The notes: generated from the letters alone by a model not told the origin. A stretch of DNA of 63,589 bases, filler included, from Reticulomyxa filosa (GCA_000512085.1; 20 parts of 20 records of this genome joined end to end with filler, not necessarily neighbours in it); one strand, 5' to 3'. Shown: positions 1 through 14,700, counted from the first letter of the whole stretch. A program made the numbers and translations.

Positions 1-1000
1 TTTTTAGTATAGAAAGAGTGCTATTCATTGAGTCCAAAAGAAAAGATCATAAAATAAGTACATCAATCACATTTGAATAAAGTACAAAATAATGCAATAT
101 GTTACAAAAAGTAACAAACAAAATCAATTCTTTTGATTACTTTGGAGTTTAAAAGTATTAGTTGCCTTATTTAGCAACCAATTTGTGGAAATGCTTATTC
201 CTGATAGAACCGACGCTGAACTAACTTCTATTGATTAAAAGTTGCAACAAATAAATCTTCAAATAGATATCTCGGCGTTGAATCAATCATGCATCCTTTT
301 CGTTGTGCTTACGTCCTCTTTTGTTTAAACGGTTGCTTCATTTTCAGCTTCAAACATTTTGATAATGATGATCGTCTCTTTTTTTGTCAGTTTACTTTAG
401 GAAACAAAACAAGAACGATAAAAACTTTTAACAAACGTTGCTGCTCCTAAAAACCCTTTTTGTTTGAACAAAAATTTTATTTTATGGATGGCAGCAGATT
501 ATAACTAGAACCATGCCATAAAATTTGTTATGCATAAAATAACAGGAATCTTAATCAAAAAAAATCAAATCTGAGTTAACACGGTGCTCAAGATGAACAG
601 AAAGCACAACCGTATGAAGAAATAGGAAGGAGTGTGTCTAAAGAAAAAGAATCAAAAATAATTTTGATAATGATTCCACTTCGTTACCGAAATCTGAAAC
701 AAATTATAAGCATTGCTAATCAATAGCCTTGTTCTATTATCGTCAAAATAGAGCTCAATTAGGATTGTAAAGAATTTAAAGTGTGCCACAATTCATCAAC
801 GTGCTTTATCAACAATATGACATCATTTTTCTTTTCAAATAATTTCCAATCTTCTTTTCCAAACTGCATCCTTTCCATCCATTTTGAAAGATGTTCATCC
901 CTGAATTAGTGTATTACAAACATGTTTTTTTAAATTAACAAAACACAAAACAAATTGAAAATCTTAACATATTAAGGTCACTAATATTACGATCCATCAT

Positions 1001-1100
1001 NNNNNNNNNNNNNNNNNNNNNNNNNNNNNNNNNNNNNNNNNNNNTTAATTAATTAANNNNNNNNNNNNNNNNNNNNNNNNNNNNNNNNNNNNNNNNNNNN
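1001..1100. other. Artificial contig spacer N44-TTAATTAATTAA-N44 (first of 19)
   Basis: An identical 100-nt spacer with stops in all six frames also occurs at 24662, 25850, 29554, 35392, 36596, 40852, 42017, 43218, 44649, 46195, 47547, 52821, 54081, 56180, 57641, 59310, 60770 and 62271. Confidence 0.98.
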
Positions 1101-1128
1101 ATACATACATACATACATATATAAACAG

Positions 1129-2473
1129 AAATATGTACCTGGATCGTTTTTGCAAAATGTAGTGAAACTATTGACCAGTGAGGACATAAGAGAGCGTGGA
1201 TACGTGATGATGATACTGCATAAAATCTATGCGCGTTGTTCGAAGCTGAGAACGCACATTGTGGACTTGATGTGCAATTTCTTATATCCGTTCATACATT
1301 ATACGTACGACAGCGATCACTGCAACGGCGTCACCGAAATTCTGCAAATTGTCTATGCCATCATCCCTGGGCTTTCTGTGCCAATCAAGGATATTTGGCG
1401 GCAATTTTTACAACGTGTTTTGATACCACTTCACAAAGTTAAAAAAAAAAAAAATTGTATATACGTATATATGTGCATATGTATATATCGTATGATATGA
1501 TAATGAGTACGCTTTGAAACTAAAACAAAAAAAGTGCCATGGACTGAAAAAGTTTTGGTCGCATTTAACACAATGTTGCTTGAATTACATTGCGAAGGAC
1601 AAACAAAGCAGCTTGGCAATATTGGAAGGCCTGTTGCGATTTTGGCCGAAACAATACCCGCAAAAAGAAGAGCTATTTATAATGGAGGCGGTGAATGTGA
1701 TTGGCGTGTTGATCAATCATCCTGAAGGGTTTGTGTATGACTCGTTCAAACCAATACTCGTGGCTGCTTCAAAACAACTAAGTCAATGCATGCTCTCGAA
1801 ACGGCATCCGGTGGCGCTGTGCGCGATTTCGGCATGGAAAGAGCCTTGCATGTCGCAATTGGTCGATTTGGATCGCAAGTCGTACTTACCTATGTTGGCG
1901 CATGTGTTCTTTCGAAATCAGAGCCACTCCAACCCACAGCTGCGTGTGTTGAGCCAAGAAGTGGAGTACTTATTCCGTATCAAAGATATTTCGTATTGGA
2001 AAAAGATGCAGTCGTATTTGTTGCGAAAAGAGGTGCGTGAAAACAACGCGGAAGAGATGACCACCAAAGCTTTGGCATATGGTGAACCCCCACCCTTTCC
2101 TTGCAAACTCGATCGTAAGCGCGTTCATCTGATCAAAACTGCTGTGTCAAGAATCACACAGGGAGAAGAGAAAGACGAAAAGGATGAACAAAAACAAGAC
2201 CGTGAAGAAATCCAATTTGAAATGGAAATGGAAATAGAAGACGACGAAATGACTCCCTTTTATCGACCCAATGATGCCAATGATTTCAATTCTTTGTCTC
2301 CCCTTTCCACGGATTACACCCTCCATGTTGATGCCTCCAAAAAAAAGCATCGTCCTTACGACAGTTTTGCTTTGTTCACATTGCAGGCTATCAACGATAT
2401 TGACTATTCCTCGTTAGTTTCCAATGTCCGCCAGTACGAACAAATTACGCACAAATCAAAGCAAAACCTCTGA
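1129..2473 (+). CDS. PP2A regulatory subunit B' (B56 family), 5'-partial, intron 1438-1534
   Basis: B56-like motifs SEDIRER..LHKIY, HCNGVTEILQI, VLIPLHK, GLLRFWPK and LSQCMLSKRHPVA. The GT-AG intron joins LHK to CHGLKKFW in frame. The C-terminal extension is acidic. Confidence 0.88.
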
Positions 2474-3279
2474 CCAAAACTGAACAACAGGTATGGGTTT
2501 CATTTGTACTTTTTCTTTTTTTTTCTCACTCCTCTTTTTCTATTATTTTTATGTTTTATTGTTTGTCATTATCCCAACATCATTTCTTCTCCAAGACACG
2601 GCGTCGCACGAAATGGGACATGGTCAAAAAATTGGCCGAGAAAAATCGAGCCCAAACTAAAAAATATGAGTTTCAAGACAATGAAACGCAATTCGTATAA
2701 TTTTTTTTTCTGATACTTTGGATTTACCACAAACTACAAAAAAAAAAATTGTGGAAAATAAATGTTAGAATGCAAGGTACATGACTATACGCGATTTTTT
2801 TTTCCCAAAATTTTATTATAATTTTTGGTTGGTTAGTAGTGTTGTTCCTATTTGTGTATCTAAAAAAAATTTTAACAATGTGCGGTCCTTGACCCCTTTT
2901 TATCCGGATTCAGACGTAGCATAAAACAAACAACTACAACAAAGTTTTAAATCTATGGTTACTGACGTTTGTTGTATTTTGTTTTGTTTTGTTTTGTTTG
3001 TGTTGTGTTGTTTTGTATTGCTTTATTTGTCCGGGTTTGTGGTTGCTTTTGTCTTTTTTTTTTTCTCAGTCTTTCTTTTTTATAATTTGTTGAGCTCAAA
3101 ACGTGAATCTCCTTTAAGATAACACAATTTGTATAAAGGAAAAGAATTACTTTGGACACGATGAGGAAGGAACAATTAATTGAAAAGAAACAAGTTTGAT
3201 GTACAAAATTGTTTGTACACGTCTTTGTTTCTTCTCAATCAACACAATTTGTAAAAAAATACTTAAAAGAAATACAGTT

Positions 3280-3951
3280 TTATTTCATACACATGCGAAC
3301 CAACGCTTGTGTTTCTTTTTGCCAGTCTTCCCAAGATAAGGGACTTTGAATTGTTTTCCAGCCTATTTCATTTTGGCCAATCTCCCAATTGACACCAATG
3401 ACGTGTTGAATTTGTTTATATTGGTCCAATTGCATCCTTGCATAACGTCTCAAATTAACAATAGTGTGTGAAGGAATAAACCTCAATGACGAGTAGTTTT
3501 CCCATGACTTCAAGGATGTGTTGAAATGATCAGTTCCACAGATGAACTGCTGTTTCAAAGATATAATCTCCTCCATCGTAGCTGTTGTCGATGCAGCAGA
3601 AAATAGAAACAAATACGAGGAAATGCATAATTTGTTATCTTCTTTGTGTTGTGTATCGTGCGTACTTTGTAATGACACATACCAAAGTCCGTTCTTGTTT
3701 TCCACAAAGTCAGATTCACGAGCGAATAACGAAAACAATGGCATTATGTTTTGGTGAAATAAAAATGTTTGACTATCTACAAATATAAAATACTTGCGCT
3801 TCAACCCTCTCAATAATCGATGCAACGTCGATCGAGATATGACCATGCCCTTTTCTTCATTTCGAGTCTCAATAGACATCGTCATCACTCCTTGTTTTCC
3901 CATCAAGAGTATTTTTCACAACAACAAAAAATGATTAATGGTAACAAAAAC

Positions 3952-3982
<31 letters not shown>

Positions 3983-4998
3983 ATATATTAATTGCTACAC
4001 ATGTGTCGGGATATAGAATGTATACATACGCAAATACCAAAATGTTGCAACATTTGTCGGATATTCGAAGTTGGACGGATATGAGGGAATAGAAGGAGTA
4101 CAATGTCAATATTGACAAATTTGCGGCTGTGTTCAAGCAAATCGTAAAAAGAAGAAATAGAAACAAGCGCATTGCAGAGCTGTGTTTCAGTAGAAATATT
4201 ATAATAGACAATGGTATAGCTGTTGGCTTTCGCTTGTCGTGAAGACAATGGCATGACGCTGGAGAGATTGAAATCCCAATCCAATTGAATTACATGTAAA
4301 TCTACATCATTTTCATCGACTCCGTGCCAATCTGCTGTGCCATCAATCATTGTATAGAGATTATCATTGTTTTTGTTATTATTACTATAATTATTATTAT
4401 CATTATTATTGTTATTATTATTGTCATTGAAATTGTGTTTGATATTGGTGAGTGTGTCAATGGATTGACGTTTCCATGAGTCACCATAAAAATTGTGAAA
4501 ATAATGAACAGATAACGACAATGCTATGATGAATACTGCAGCAATAGATACGATCAGCAAAAATATCCCCTGAGTAGACATTGATTTTATTCGGCTCATT
4601 ATATTAACTCTCCCATGTGCTAAGTCATCTCTTGAAATACACAATGAAAAAATGTCTGCATCTGTCGAATACAGTGGAATTAAGTGCGAGTCTGATGATA
4701 CAAGTGTATTGTCGTCACTTTCTATTTCTCTTACTCTTGATTGACCTTTCATGTCTACTACATATCCGTTTTCCCTTCTTCTTTCTTCTTCTTCTTCAGC
4801 TAATTCAAGCAAATCATAGCGTGATGGCGGATTTGACAAAGACCGTTGCGGTTTCATCGCTCCTTTTTTTGTTTTCGGCTGACGTACTTGCTGATTATTC
4901 AAGAAACGGGAACGTGCTTGCGATAAAATTAAACTTAAATGGGCAGAGGGATCAAATTTATTTCGATGAATGATTCCAGATGCAGAATTTGCAAACAT
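3280..4998 (-). CDS. Type II membrane protein, possibly glycosyltransferase (GT-A)-like; one intron at about 3891-4037
   Basis: Single TM segment (GIFLLIVSIAAVFIIALSLSV), an Asn-rich stem, and a lumenal domain with FIFVDSQ resembling a degenerate DxD motif. The two ORFs join through a GT-AG intron. Confidence 0.55.
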
Positions 4999-5656
4999 AA
5001 GATTAAATATTCAAACTGAGTTTTGTACAGCCCTTCAAAGCAGTTAGTACTCTTTACCGGCACAAGACACAGAAAGAATATAGTCTCTTCACGAAGAAAA
5101 GCTCTTTTAAGAAGAGGATTAATTCGATGAATATTTATTACACATGCGGTAAATTGACATCGTTGCATATTGATATATTCTCACACAACATAACATGATA
5201 CTTCAAATGAATTCATTTGTATACCACAAAATGGGTAATTGATACTGTTTTATTTTTGTATTGTGATGATCACTTTTTTGTCATAAACTTTTTTTACTTA
5301 TGCTGCTTTCTTGTTAAATGTTTTCTTTATAATCTTACAAAATTAAAAAATTTAATTTTGTTTGTTCGATTTTACAGTTAAAAAATTCAAATTTATACAC
5401 TTGTGTCGTCAACAAGAACGTAAATGAAACAATTGTAAGGCAATGAAAGTACGAAAGTGTTGTGGCAACATTTACAATAATGTGAAAACTATAAATTGAA
5501 ATATTGACAAGTAAAAAGATTAAGAAAAAAAAATCACTTTAGCTTTTTGAGAAATATGAAAAATTACTACGTTTTGTCCTTTTGTACATCAGCAAAGGAC
5601 AGTCCTTACTATTTTTCATCATAAAAAACGCCCCAAAAACAACGACAAATAACAGC

Positions 5657-7115
5657 ATGTCCAATTTTTTATTAAGAATATTGATCTGTTGCCTTTGCTT
5701 CTTCGTGGTAAATTGCGGTGATTCTCATGATTCCTCATCTGCTGATTCTCATGTTTCCTCATCTGCTGCTGCTTGCGATGTGAAAGTATGTTCGTCGTGT
5801 CTTGAGCAAAAGAACAAGAAGGAGAAGTAAGACAAAAAGATAAAAATAAAACAAACGGCGTACTGTTTGGATATTTCAAATAGAAAAATGACAGTGAGGT
5901 AATCCAAAATGCAATTTATTCGACATTGGCAGTGGGTTTGATCCCAGTGGTGTGCGTCTTAATAATCCCTACACAAAAATATTTCCTAGAAGTTTTGGTG
6001 GCGTTTGCGGCAGGAAGTCTCTTAGGGGACTCTTTTTTTCATTTAATTCCTCATGCCTTCACACTTTACAGTGCAGAAACTGCCTGTTTGCCATTATGCG
6101 TAGGTTTTGTAGTCTTCTATGCCTTGGATACCATTTTACATCAAATGCACATTGACGAACATAAGACTATCTCTTATCTCAACATTTTGGGTATTTTTAA
6201 AAATGTTTTTTAGTAGTCGTGTCTTGTGCAGAAAAAAAACACAATCGCGTCTTCGCAACAATATATACATATATACATATACATATATATGTATATGTAT
6301 ATGAATATATGTTATCGTGTTTGTATGTATGAATGGGTCAACACCGTGATGATGGACAGGTGATGCAATGCACAACTTTATGGACGGATTGGCTCTGACC
6401 GCAGCATATTATGTGCATCAGAGCAGAGGAATGACAGTAACGCTGGCTTGTTTGTTGCACGAGTTGCCTCATGAAATTGGAGACTATGCGGTTTTGATTG
6501 AAAACGGATACTCGAAAACACAAGCTGCTCTTGTCCAAATTGTCACTGCCCTTTCGTGCTTACTTGGCACGGGTTTGTAATCGTACAAATTTTTTTTTTT
6601 TTTTTTTTGGTACATTTAATTATACATAATACAAATATGTATAAATGTGTAATATTATTACTATCATTATTATTATTATTATTTTTTTTTTTGCATGATA
6701 TGCAAATAGGCCTGACTATCGCTTTTGAGGAATTCAAGTTCGATACTCGCTGGATAATGCCATTTACCGCAGGAAGCTTTATTTATTTGAGTGCAGTTCA
6801 GTTGCTGCCGGAATTGCAAAAAAGAAATCATGGATTTGTTCGGAGCTTTGTTCTGTTGTTTGGCTTTGTCTTGGGCCTGGCCTTCATGGGCGGTGTCGAG
6901 TGGTGGGAAGAGTTTCACGCTATTGAACATGGCCACTCTCATGCTACTTTATCTACTAATACTATCACAAATACAAATGCAAATACAAATGCCAATGTAC
7001 GTGCACATCAACACAACATAGTCATGACCATAAGCACGGACACAAACACCATTTTGGACATCACCATCATCATGACCATAGCCATGGCCATGATCACCAA
7101 CATGCCGAATTATAA
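5657..7115 (+). CDS. ZIP (SLC39, LIV-1/ZIP7-like) zinc transporter; 4 exons; one apparent missing base near 7016
   Basis: Signal peptide plus motifs AFAAGSLLGDSFFHLIPHAF, DAMHNFMDG, HELPHEIGDYAVL and IMPFTAGSFIY. The -1 frame gives a His-rich tail ending HAEL-stop. Confidence 0.92.
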
Positions 7116-7763
7116 ATTTGCCTTTTACCTTTCAGCGTGATCGTGCTTTCAGTTTGGGGGTTAGACGAAATTTCATATTCAACGAATAATCACAGAAATA
7201 CATCGTTTTCCTATCTACAATTATTTTATATTTGTAGTTGTAGATTTTTTCTTACAACTTTTTTTTTAATTAAATGCACGTATTAAAAAAAGTTTGGCAG
7301 GCAAACAGCCAAATTTAATCGTTGGAACAAAATTTTGACAACTTTTGCCCAAAGTGTCTTCGTGTATAATAGACAATCGCACTTGCTGACAACCTGGAGC
7401 ACAATTAAAAAAAAAAAACACATTTCGTTTGAACTTAAAATGGTCCTTTACAATATTTGTGAAGTTTTTGATAAGATACTTTCCTGTAAAAGAGACTTTT
7501 TTACGAAATATATTTGTTCACACAAAAAAGGACTTAAACACCTCAAGCAACTTAAAAAATGAAGGGAAGCGTAAATAAAAACAAAAATTCTTTGTTTGCA
7601 AGATTGACATTGATGTGTATAAGTTTGGTGGTGCACTGCTGAGTATTCGTGATACCATTCATAAAAAAAAGAATCACTTGATTAATATTTTTGCACGTGA
7701 TTGATTGACTCAACGTCAAAGAACAACAGTCACTTCTCGGCAATAAAAAACCCGTAAAATAGC

Positions 7764-9302
7764 ATGAGCAATATAGTGATCTCAACGAGTGATGAAAAGC
7801 ATTATGATTTTGAGACGGGAAAGCCAATAGTATCAGTAGAAGCAGTGAAGAATAAAACAGCGCAATGGAAACTGGCGCTGGAGCCAATCGAAAGCACGGC
7901 AACAGTCAATACGGACTATGAGAGCAATATGAAAGTTGTGGTGTCATCATCCACGTCAAGCGAACAAAAGGGTACTGGTACCCCCCTGGCGCATAAAAGA
8001 GCATCAACTTTAACTGACGCTCGACGAAAGTTGGAAGTTAACAAGCTGAACGACTAAGGAGGACTACCATATGTGAATGGTTAATTTTTTGAAAAGTTTA
8101 TGTTTGTAATAATAAAAAAAAAAAGGAACTTTTTCGACAAAATGTGGCACAACCAGAAGAACAATCGGAGACACGATTGGAACATTTGATAAACAACATC
8201 GAAGATGCAATTCACGGAGATGATCTACTTGTGCCAGAGGACTTATTGGAGTTTGCAACGTATTTGTCATCCGACGATCGACAACTACGAAGGAAGGCCA
8301 TCGAATCATTTGCGGATCGGTTCAAGCCCGGAGCCATATCACTGCTGCACAGCGATGGTGGAAACCACGCTGGCAAAGGACACATTTGTAGCAAGTTGGG
8401 GGAAATGCGTCGACCTATCAACGGCGACTTGATCATCGATGTCATTTGCGACGTCATCTCCGCCGACGAAGGACAGCGGAAAATGCAGGACCTCATTCAA
8501 TTATTGGCCGTCACTGGACATGTTTGTACGTTGAGGCATGGCTTCACTCGGATGTTCGAGCTGTACAATTGGGCACTCACACGACAAGGTACAATTTGTC
8601 TCTATTTATATATACATATATATATATATTTATACATATGCATGTGTGTGGTGTAAATTACAAATAGATGAAGAAAAAGGACAAGCCACTATGCCGTCAT
8701 CAAGACAGTTGAAAATTGCAAGTGCAGTCATTAACGCAGCCACACAAACCGTGTCACTGAAAGGACCTGATATTTACATTGCATCTTCGAACGAATCCTC
8801 AGGCAATATACACATACATGTACATATATGCATATACATAATGTGTTATATGCATTCTACATGCGTGTGAATTATGTCAAATCTCATATGGCACGGGAAA
8901 AAACAAAACAAAAAAAAAAACGTGTAACCAAATCGACAAACAGTGCTGCCCGATATCGTCTTTGCAAAACTGCCAAAGGGGTGGTCGTTTAGCTTATGGA
9001 TGAAATTGAGTGATTGTGAGGAAAGTGTATATGATGTATTTTATTTCCAAAATGACACGACCACAAAGGGATTGAGGATTGCATTAGACGCAACACAAAT
9101 TGCGTCCATGGGTGCGGTGTCCTTTGGATTTGTTATTCAATCTCTGCCATTGGACGAAGACAGCACCGCAAAAACGCCATCGGGCAAATCACAGCACCGC
9201 ATTACACAAAACTTTAATTTGGTCATTGACAAATGGCATTTTGTTGTATTTACACAATCACAAGCAAGGTTATTTTATACAATGACATTAATACCTTTTT
9301 TT

Positions 9303-9339
<37 letters not shown>

Positions 9340-11669
9340 GTATGTACTGCTATTACGTTGTATTAAAATACATAAAATTCAAGCACTCAATCAATATACG
9401 ACCTTTTGCAAAAAATAAAAAAAAGAACGAATAATTTTCAAATCTATTTGGATGGCGTCCCCGGCGCGGCTGTAACAATTCCATTTTTAGGATTTAGCGA
9501 TAGTGATATTCAAATCGGTATTGGTGGATTCCATGGATTCATAGGACAATCATTCTTTTGGGAGACGCCAATGAACGACCCGACAGTGCAAGTATTGTAT
9601 GCGTGCGGACCTACTTATACTCCGCCCATTTATGCACGTGGACAACTTCGAATTGCTGGGTTCCCAAAGAACCCCACACAAAAAGCCGCGCCTATGCAGC
9701 CTGGAAAATCGGGATATTTGCTTCTGCCATTTTGTTATTCTCTCGATTGTCGTGGTTGTTCGGAAGTGCTGTGTTTGCCCCGAGGCTGGGGAGACGAAGT
9801 CGCTGAAAGGACCATCGGCTTAGATATTATCGCACATCCCAATAACAAATCTGCACTGGTATCTATGGGTGGCATTTGTTATGTGTTTTACATGCTATCG
9901 CCAGAGTTCAGAGGGCCAAGGCTTTATTCCGATCAGTTGACTGCAAACTTTTTACCTTTTTTTTTTCCCCCCTCCCTCCTTTTCGTGCGTGTATCATAAT
10001 ACGTGTGTGTGTGTGTGCTCGTGAATGTATCAGACAAGTTGTCGGTATACTGCATTTCATCACAGAATCGGTGTCAGAAAACTTGTCATTGCTGAGACAG
10101 ATATTCACAATGGGCTTGGGCTCGATCAAATTGTACATTTTAGATCATTTGTATCCTGAAAAACGAACTTTGTTGGTTTTAAACGCCATCAAAGAGCTAC
10201 TAGCGGTCTTGGAAACAAATGACCGAGAAAAACAAAAGGTATTACTTATCATAACGTGCATATAACTTATATATACATGAATGTGTTAATGTGTATTTGT
10301 ACATTTTTTTTTTTTTTATTTGTATGAATGGATCTCATTAATCTTTCTTTCCCAAATAATGCCAAAATGATGTCGTCATTGCTAGACCACGTTCACACGA
10401 GGATTCGAACAAGTAATTATGGATGTCTCGTATTGGATTCAAGCACCCAAGGATGTTATTGTTGGCGTAGTATCTTACATTCACACCTTGGTTGAGACAA
10501 GACCTGATCTCATGATTCATTGTCTGTCGATTTCGGACATACTAATTATGGTTAAGCAATATTATCCAATGCTGTTTCCACCCAAAGATCATGAAACATC
10601 CAAGTTTTATCATCTTTTTTTGACTCCGTTTTATCTATTTATAAAAAAAAAATTAAAATAATATATACATATATATGGCACAGAACAATAACAAAAGAGC
10701 CTGAAGAAGTGGATCCACGTATTGCTCAGCTGTTGCTACAGTGCATTGGAGGACTTATTCGCAAAAAAACTCGCGTGAGGGCAACAGACCATCGCATGCT
10801 ATCCTTCATGATTTATCAATGCAAGCAACCAGTTTTGTAATATCCATGAAAACGTAACTTTGTGTATTGGTATTTATTTTTAATGCAAGTAGCTCGAAAC
10901 AAAGAACATAACAATGTGAAATGTGCTGGTCCATAGATAATAAAATCGCACTTGCTGACAACTTATGCCGAGCTATGCCAATATCAAAAAGACGCAATAT
11001 TCATTCAAATGTCAGTGAAAACGGCATTTGTGAAAATATTGTTTGAATGCTTGCACGCCGAGCAAGAACAAGATGTCCGTATCAAAGCAGCAAAAATTGT
11101 AATGCGCTTTGTGAGACATCAAAAAAAATTGGTGAACAATTCAAATTTGTCCAATGCGATGATGAATCAAATCATTGTAGATCGCAAAGCAATTGATCAA
11201 TTGGTATATTTGCTTGGCCTATCCTTGGGAAAACTGCCGCCGAGTCCTGTTAGTTATATCACTTTGCTGGATGTTGTGTTGGGTCGATTTCGACTGGAAA
11301 CCCCATCTTTTGTCTCCAACTTGGAAGAAACGAGTTATGAAAATATGCTCCTCCTGGACGCAGACAGCGGCGACGCGGACATTGGCGATGTGGACATGGA
11401 CGTAGACCTTGACATGGAGCATCAGGACCCTCAAATCAATCACGACGGTGCAGTAGATTCGCGCGTGGCACACAAAGCCAAGCTCACAAAGAAAGACAGT
11501 TGGACCAGTGCACAATTGGTGTCACATAAAGATGTGATCAAATTGAGTGGAGCATTGGAAGGTCTGATGTATTTAATTGGAATGGCAGATTTCAAATTAA
11601 AGACCAAAATTTTGAAGGATGTTTTGTCGATGGTTAATAAAAATGAATTTAATGCTGTTACGTGTTGTA

Positions 11670-11708
<39 letters not shown>

Positions 11709-14700
11709 CTCGCAAAACACAAATTGCATTTTCGTGTCTCGTGTTGGCGTGAACACAAAACAGCGGGCATGTGTCAAACAAAGAAACTGGGATCGATGGA
11801 TGGTCTCAATACTTTCATTGGAAATTAGCAACGAAGCTCGAAACTGCAACCAATTGGTATCGCAAATTTGTGCCACACTGATATGGCATCAACTAGTCAA
11901 TGACGACAAAGGGTATACGACGGTACTCGCGCTGCTTCAGACAGCAAACGATCGCATTCGAAAACTGTTGTATCCTTTCCATCAGTCCGCGCAGACCAAT
12001 GGTGGAATCGAAAGCACTCCCTCTAAAACAGGCTCAGCCAACTCCGAATCAAAGAAAGAGACCGACGCAGAATTGGAGTTGCGGAGTCCCTCCTCATCCT
12101 CGCCGCCCGACATACAGCATCGCTTCAGCATTTTGGTCTCTGCAAGTGCGTCTCTGCATTCGAATAAGCCACATTATCCCGAGGAGGTGGTCGCGCAATG
12201 TCGAGTGTTGCACGAGTACGTAGTGCAAGTCCTCCTTCATCTCTTGCATCACTTCATGAAAGTCCACGAAGTGGTCGATGATGCGAGTCGACGACGAGCC
12301 AAAAGCAATGCTACTGTCAAAGAAAATACGGTATCTGGTGGAAACAATAACAACAACAATAATGGCGATTTGTCAAGCACTGAAAATCTCAGGTTTTTTT
12401 TTTTCCATTGTCGTTTTTGCTTACACACAAAGTCGTGACTTTGTTTGATTGACAGTGATATTTCAGACTCTGTGAAAGCCAGACTAAGCAAGAACTTATA
12501 TGTCACGTTGAACGTGGCCGAGTGGTCGTTGATGAATCATCCGTTTTCAATGCTGCATGTGGCACGTACGCGTGTGACGTCGGAAACGCCGATGAACGAG
12601 ATTAAAGAATCGATGTTGTTCGATCAGCCCTTTCACCAAAGTGAATACTCGATCGACGAAACGAAAACGGAAATTGAGGTAATGTGCTTGAAAAAACTGC
12701 TCATATGCACATTGAAGTTCCTTTCCTTTAAGCAGTTGCGCCAATTGGTATTGCGACGGTTTCTCCGATTTATGAAAGAAGTCCTCCCTCATCCGCTCTG
12801 CCAAGGCATCTTTGAAGACTGCGTCAATGCCGCAAAAGAGTTTTCTTTGCGCTTGCAAGGGAAAAGAGATGCAAATGTGAAGACCATGCGAATTGCTTAT
12901 AGTTTCCTTAAGGTATATTTATATTTTTTCCAAAAATAAAAAAAATAGATATATTTATATGTATATAACTGTGTTTTGAATAGAATGCTTTCCAACGCTT
13001 TGAAAGACGTGGCGAAAAAGCACGCGCAAAGGTAATTCGCCAACTTCAAGAAGATGCCTTTTCCTATTGGAATGCCCAATTGTTTGTCGACTTGGATCCA
13101 AACTCGCCCAATTCAGTAACGGCATCATCCTTGCGAGCAGCGGAAACACAGTTGGAAAGGCCTCAACAACATGTGCACTCGTTGTGGATATTTTTCCAAC
13201 ACCAACATCACTGGGAGTGCATATTTCACGACGACGAAATGAGAAGATTTCGAACTGAATTTGAGAAATTTGGAGTTTTGTTTCAATCAATCCAATCATA
13301 TTTGTTTATTTATTCCATTTATTTGCTTGTGAATGCATAAACGTATACAAACACAGAAAGAAACAAAGAAAATCCAAGCGTCGTCGCGGTTGGTGTTGAA
13401 ACAATTCTTAACAGCGTGCACCCAAGGAATAGAAGAGATGAGAGAACAAGAACATGATTCGATTAACGAATGGTTGACTCGCCGTCGCAATGAACGAAAA
13501 GATTTGATTCGCGAATTGAAAAAGTTTATGGATTTTTTTGATGAAGAATTTGTATCACGATTTCCAGACGAGAACACCGTGGACTATTGGGAAATCGACC
13601 CTCGTGAATCGGAAAACCACACACGCTTGCTATTGATTCGAAACGTGAACGGGACGGATCATCCGGAGGCAACATACGAAAACAGCAAATCTTTGCCGCA
13701 GACACTTTCCAAACTGTCTCCCGAGTCATCGGAAATGGAAGAGTCGGCCACGTTGATGCGACGCGTATCGAAACACGCAACGCATAGCGATGGCAATTCA
13801 AACGGGATAAAAAATATCGAGACCAGTCCATTGTTGCCTGAGATCATGGAAGATAACGACTCGTATTTGAGTTCGACGCACCTGTCAATGATGAGCAGTG
13901 ACATGGATGATAAGAACCACGAATCGCAGTCGACGATGATTGTAAACGAAGACATTGAAATCGAGCATGAAGAGTGGGAAATGTCAGGACCTTCCATTAC
14001 TTCAACGTTGTCAAATGGAAACAACAGCCATCATAATAATGGCAATAGCAATAATAACAATAACAACAGTAATGGTAATAACAATGGCAATAATAATAAC
14101 AATGGCGGCAATTCCATTGGCGCAAATAACAATTCCGAAAATAGCGGAACAGGACAACAGCAATTCCAAAAGGCTAATATTCACGGAAAAATCCTATTTG
14201 AAGGAACTGCCATCAACATATCACCGTTTTACAAGATCGAAGGCACAGTATACATAACAGATACTCGATTTGTATTCGAAGGACGAAAGTATTTGGAAAA
14301 CGTGTTCCAACAAAATGTAGTGGATCAAATCAAATTAAAGGAACTGAAGCTTCGACACTTGACAAAACACACACAAGACAAAGATATCTTGAAAATGCTG
14401 GAAATGGAAACGCAAGAGCAAAGAGACAAATTGGAAAATATTGTCGATCAAATCATTGAATACGACGCTTGGTATCTCAATTACATTCGCTCCATTTTGC
14501 CTCGACGTTATTTGCTACGCGAAATTGGTATCGAAATGTGGATCGCGGGCACGCACAAATCTTTTTTTTTTCTTTTGAAAATACAAAAAAAGAATGAGGC
14601 TTTGACACTTATCTGTAAACACTCGCAACGGCTGACACATAACGTACTGCGTTATGTCATCCCCGCGCCCAAAAAAATTTTAAAGTCGTCTCAATTGACA

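Noticed and set aside
1001-1100. Repeated TTAATTAATTAA as a biological repeat, CRISPR or recombination site
   Set aside because: It is always centred in exactly 44+44 Ns, so it is an artificial six-frame-stop linker.
8037-8080. Apparent in-frame TAA or double frameshift early in the BEACH gene, suggesting stop-codon reassignment
   Set aside because: A phase-0 intron at 8037-8125 removes it cleanly. TAA, TAG and TGA all serve as true stops in other genes here.
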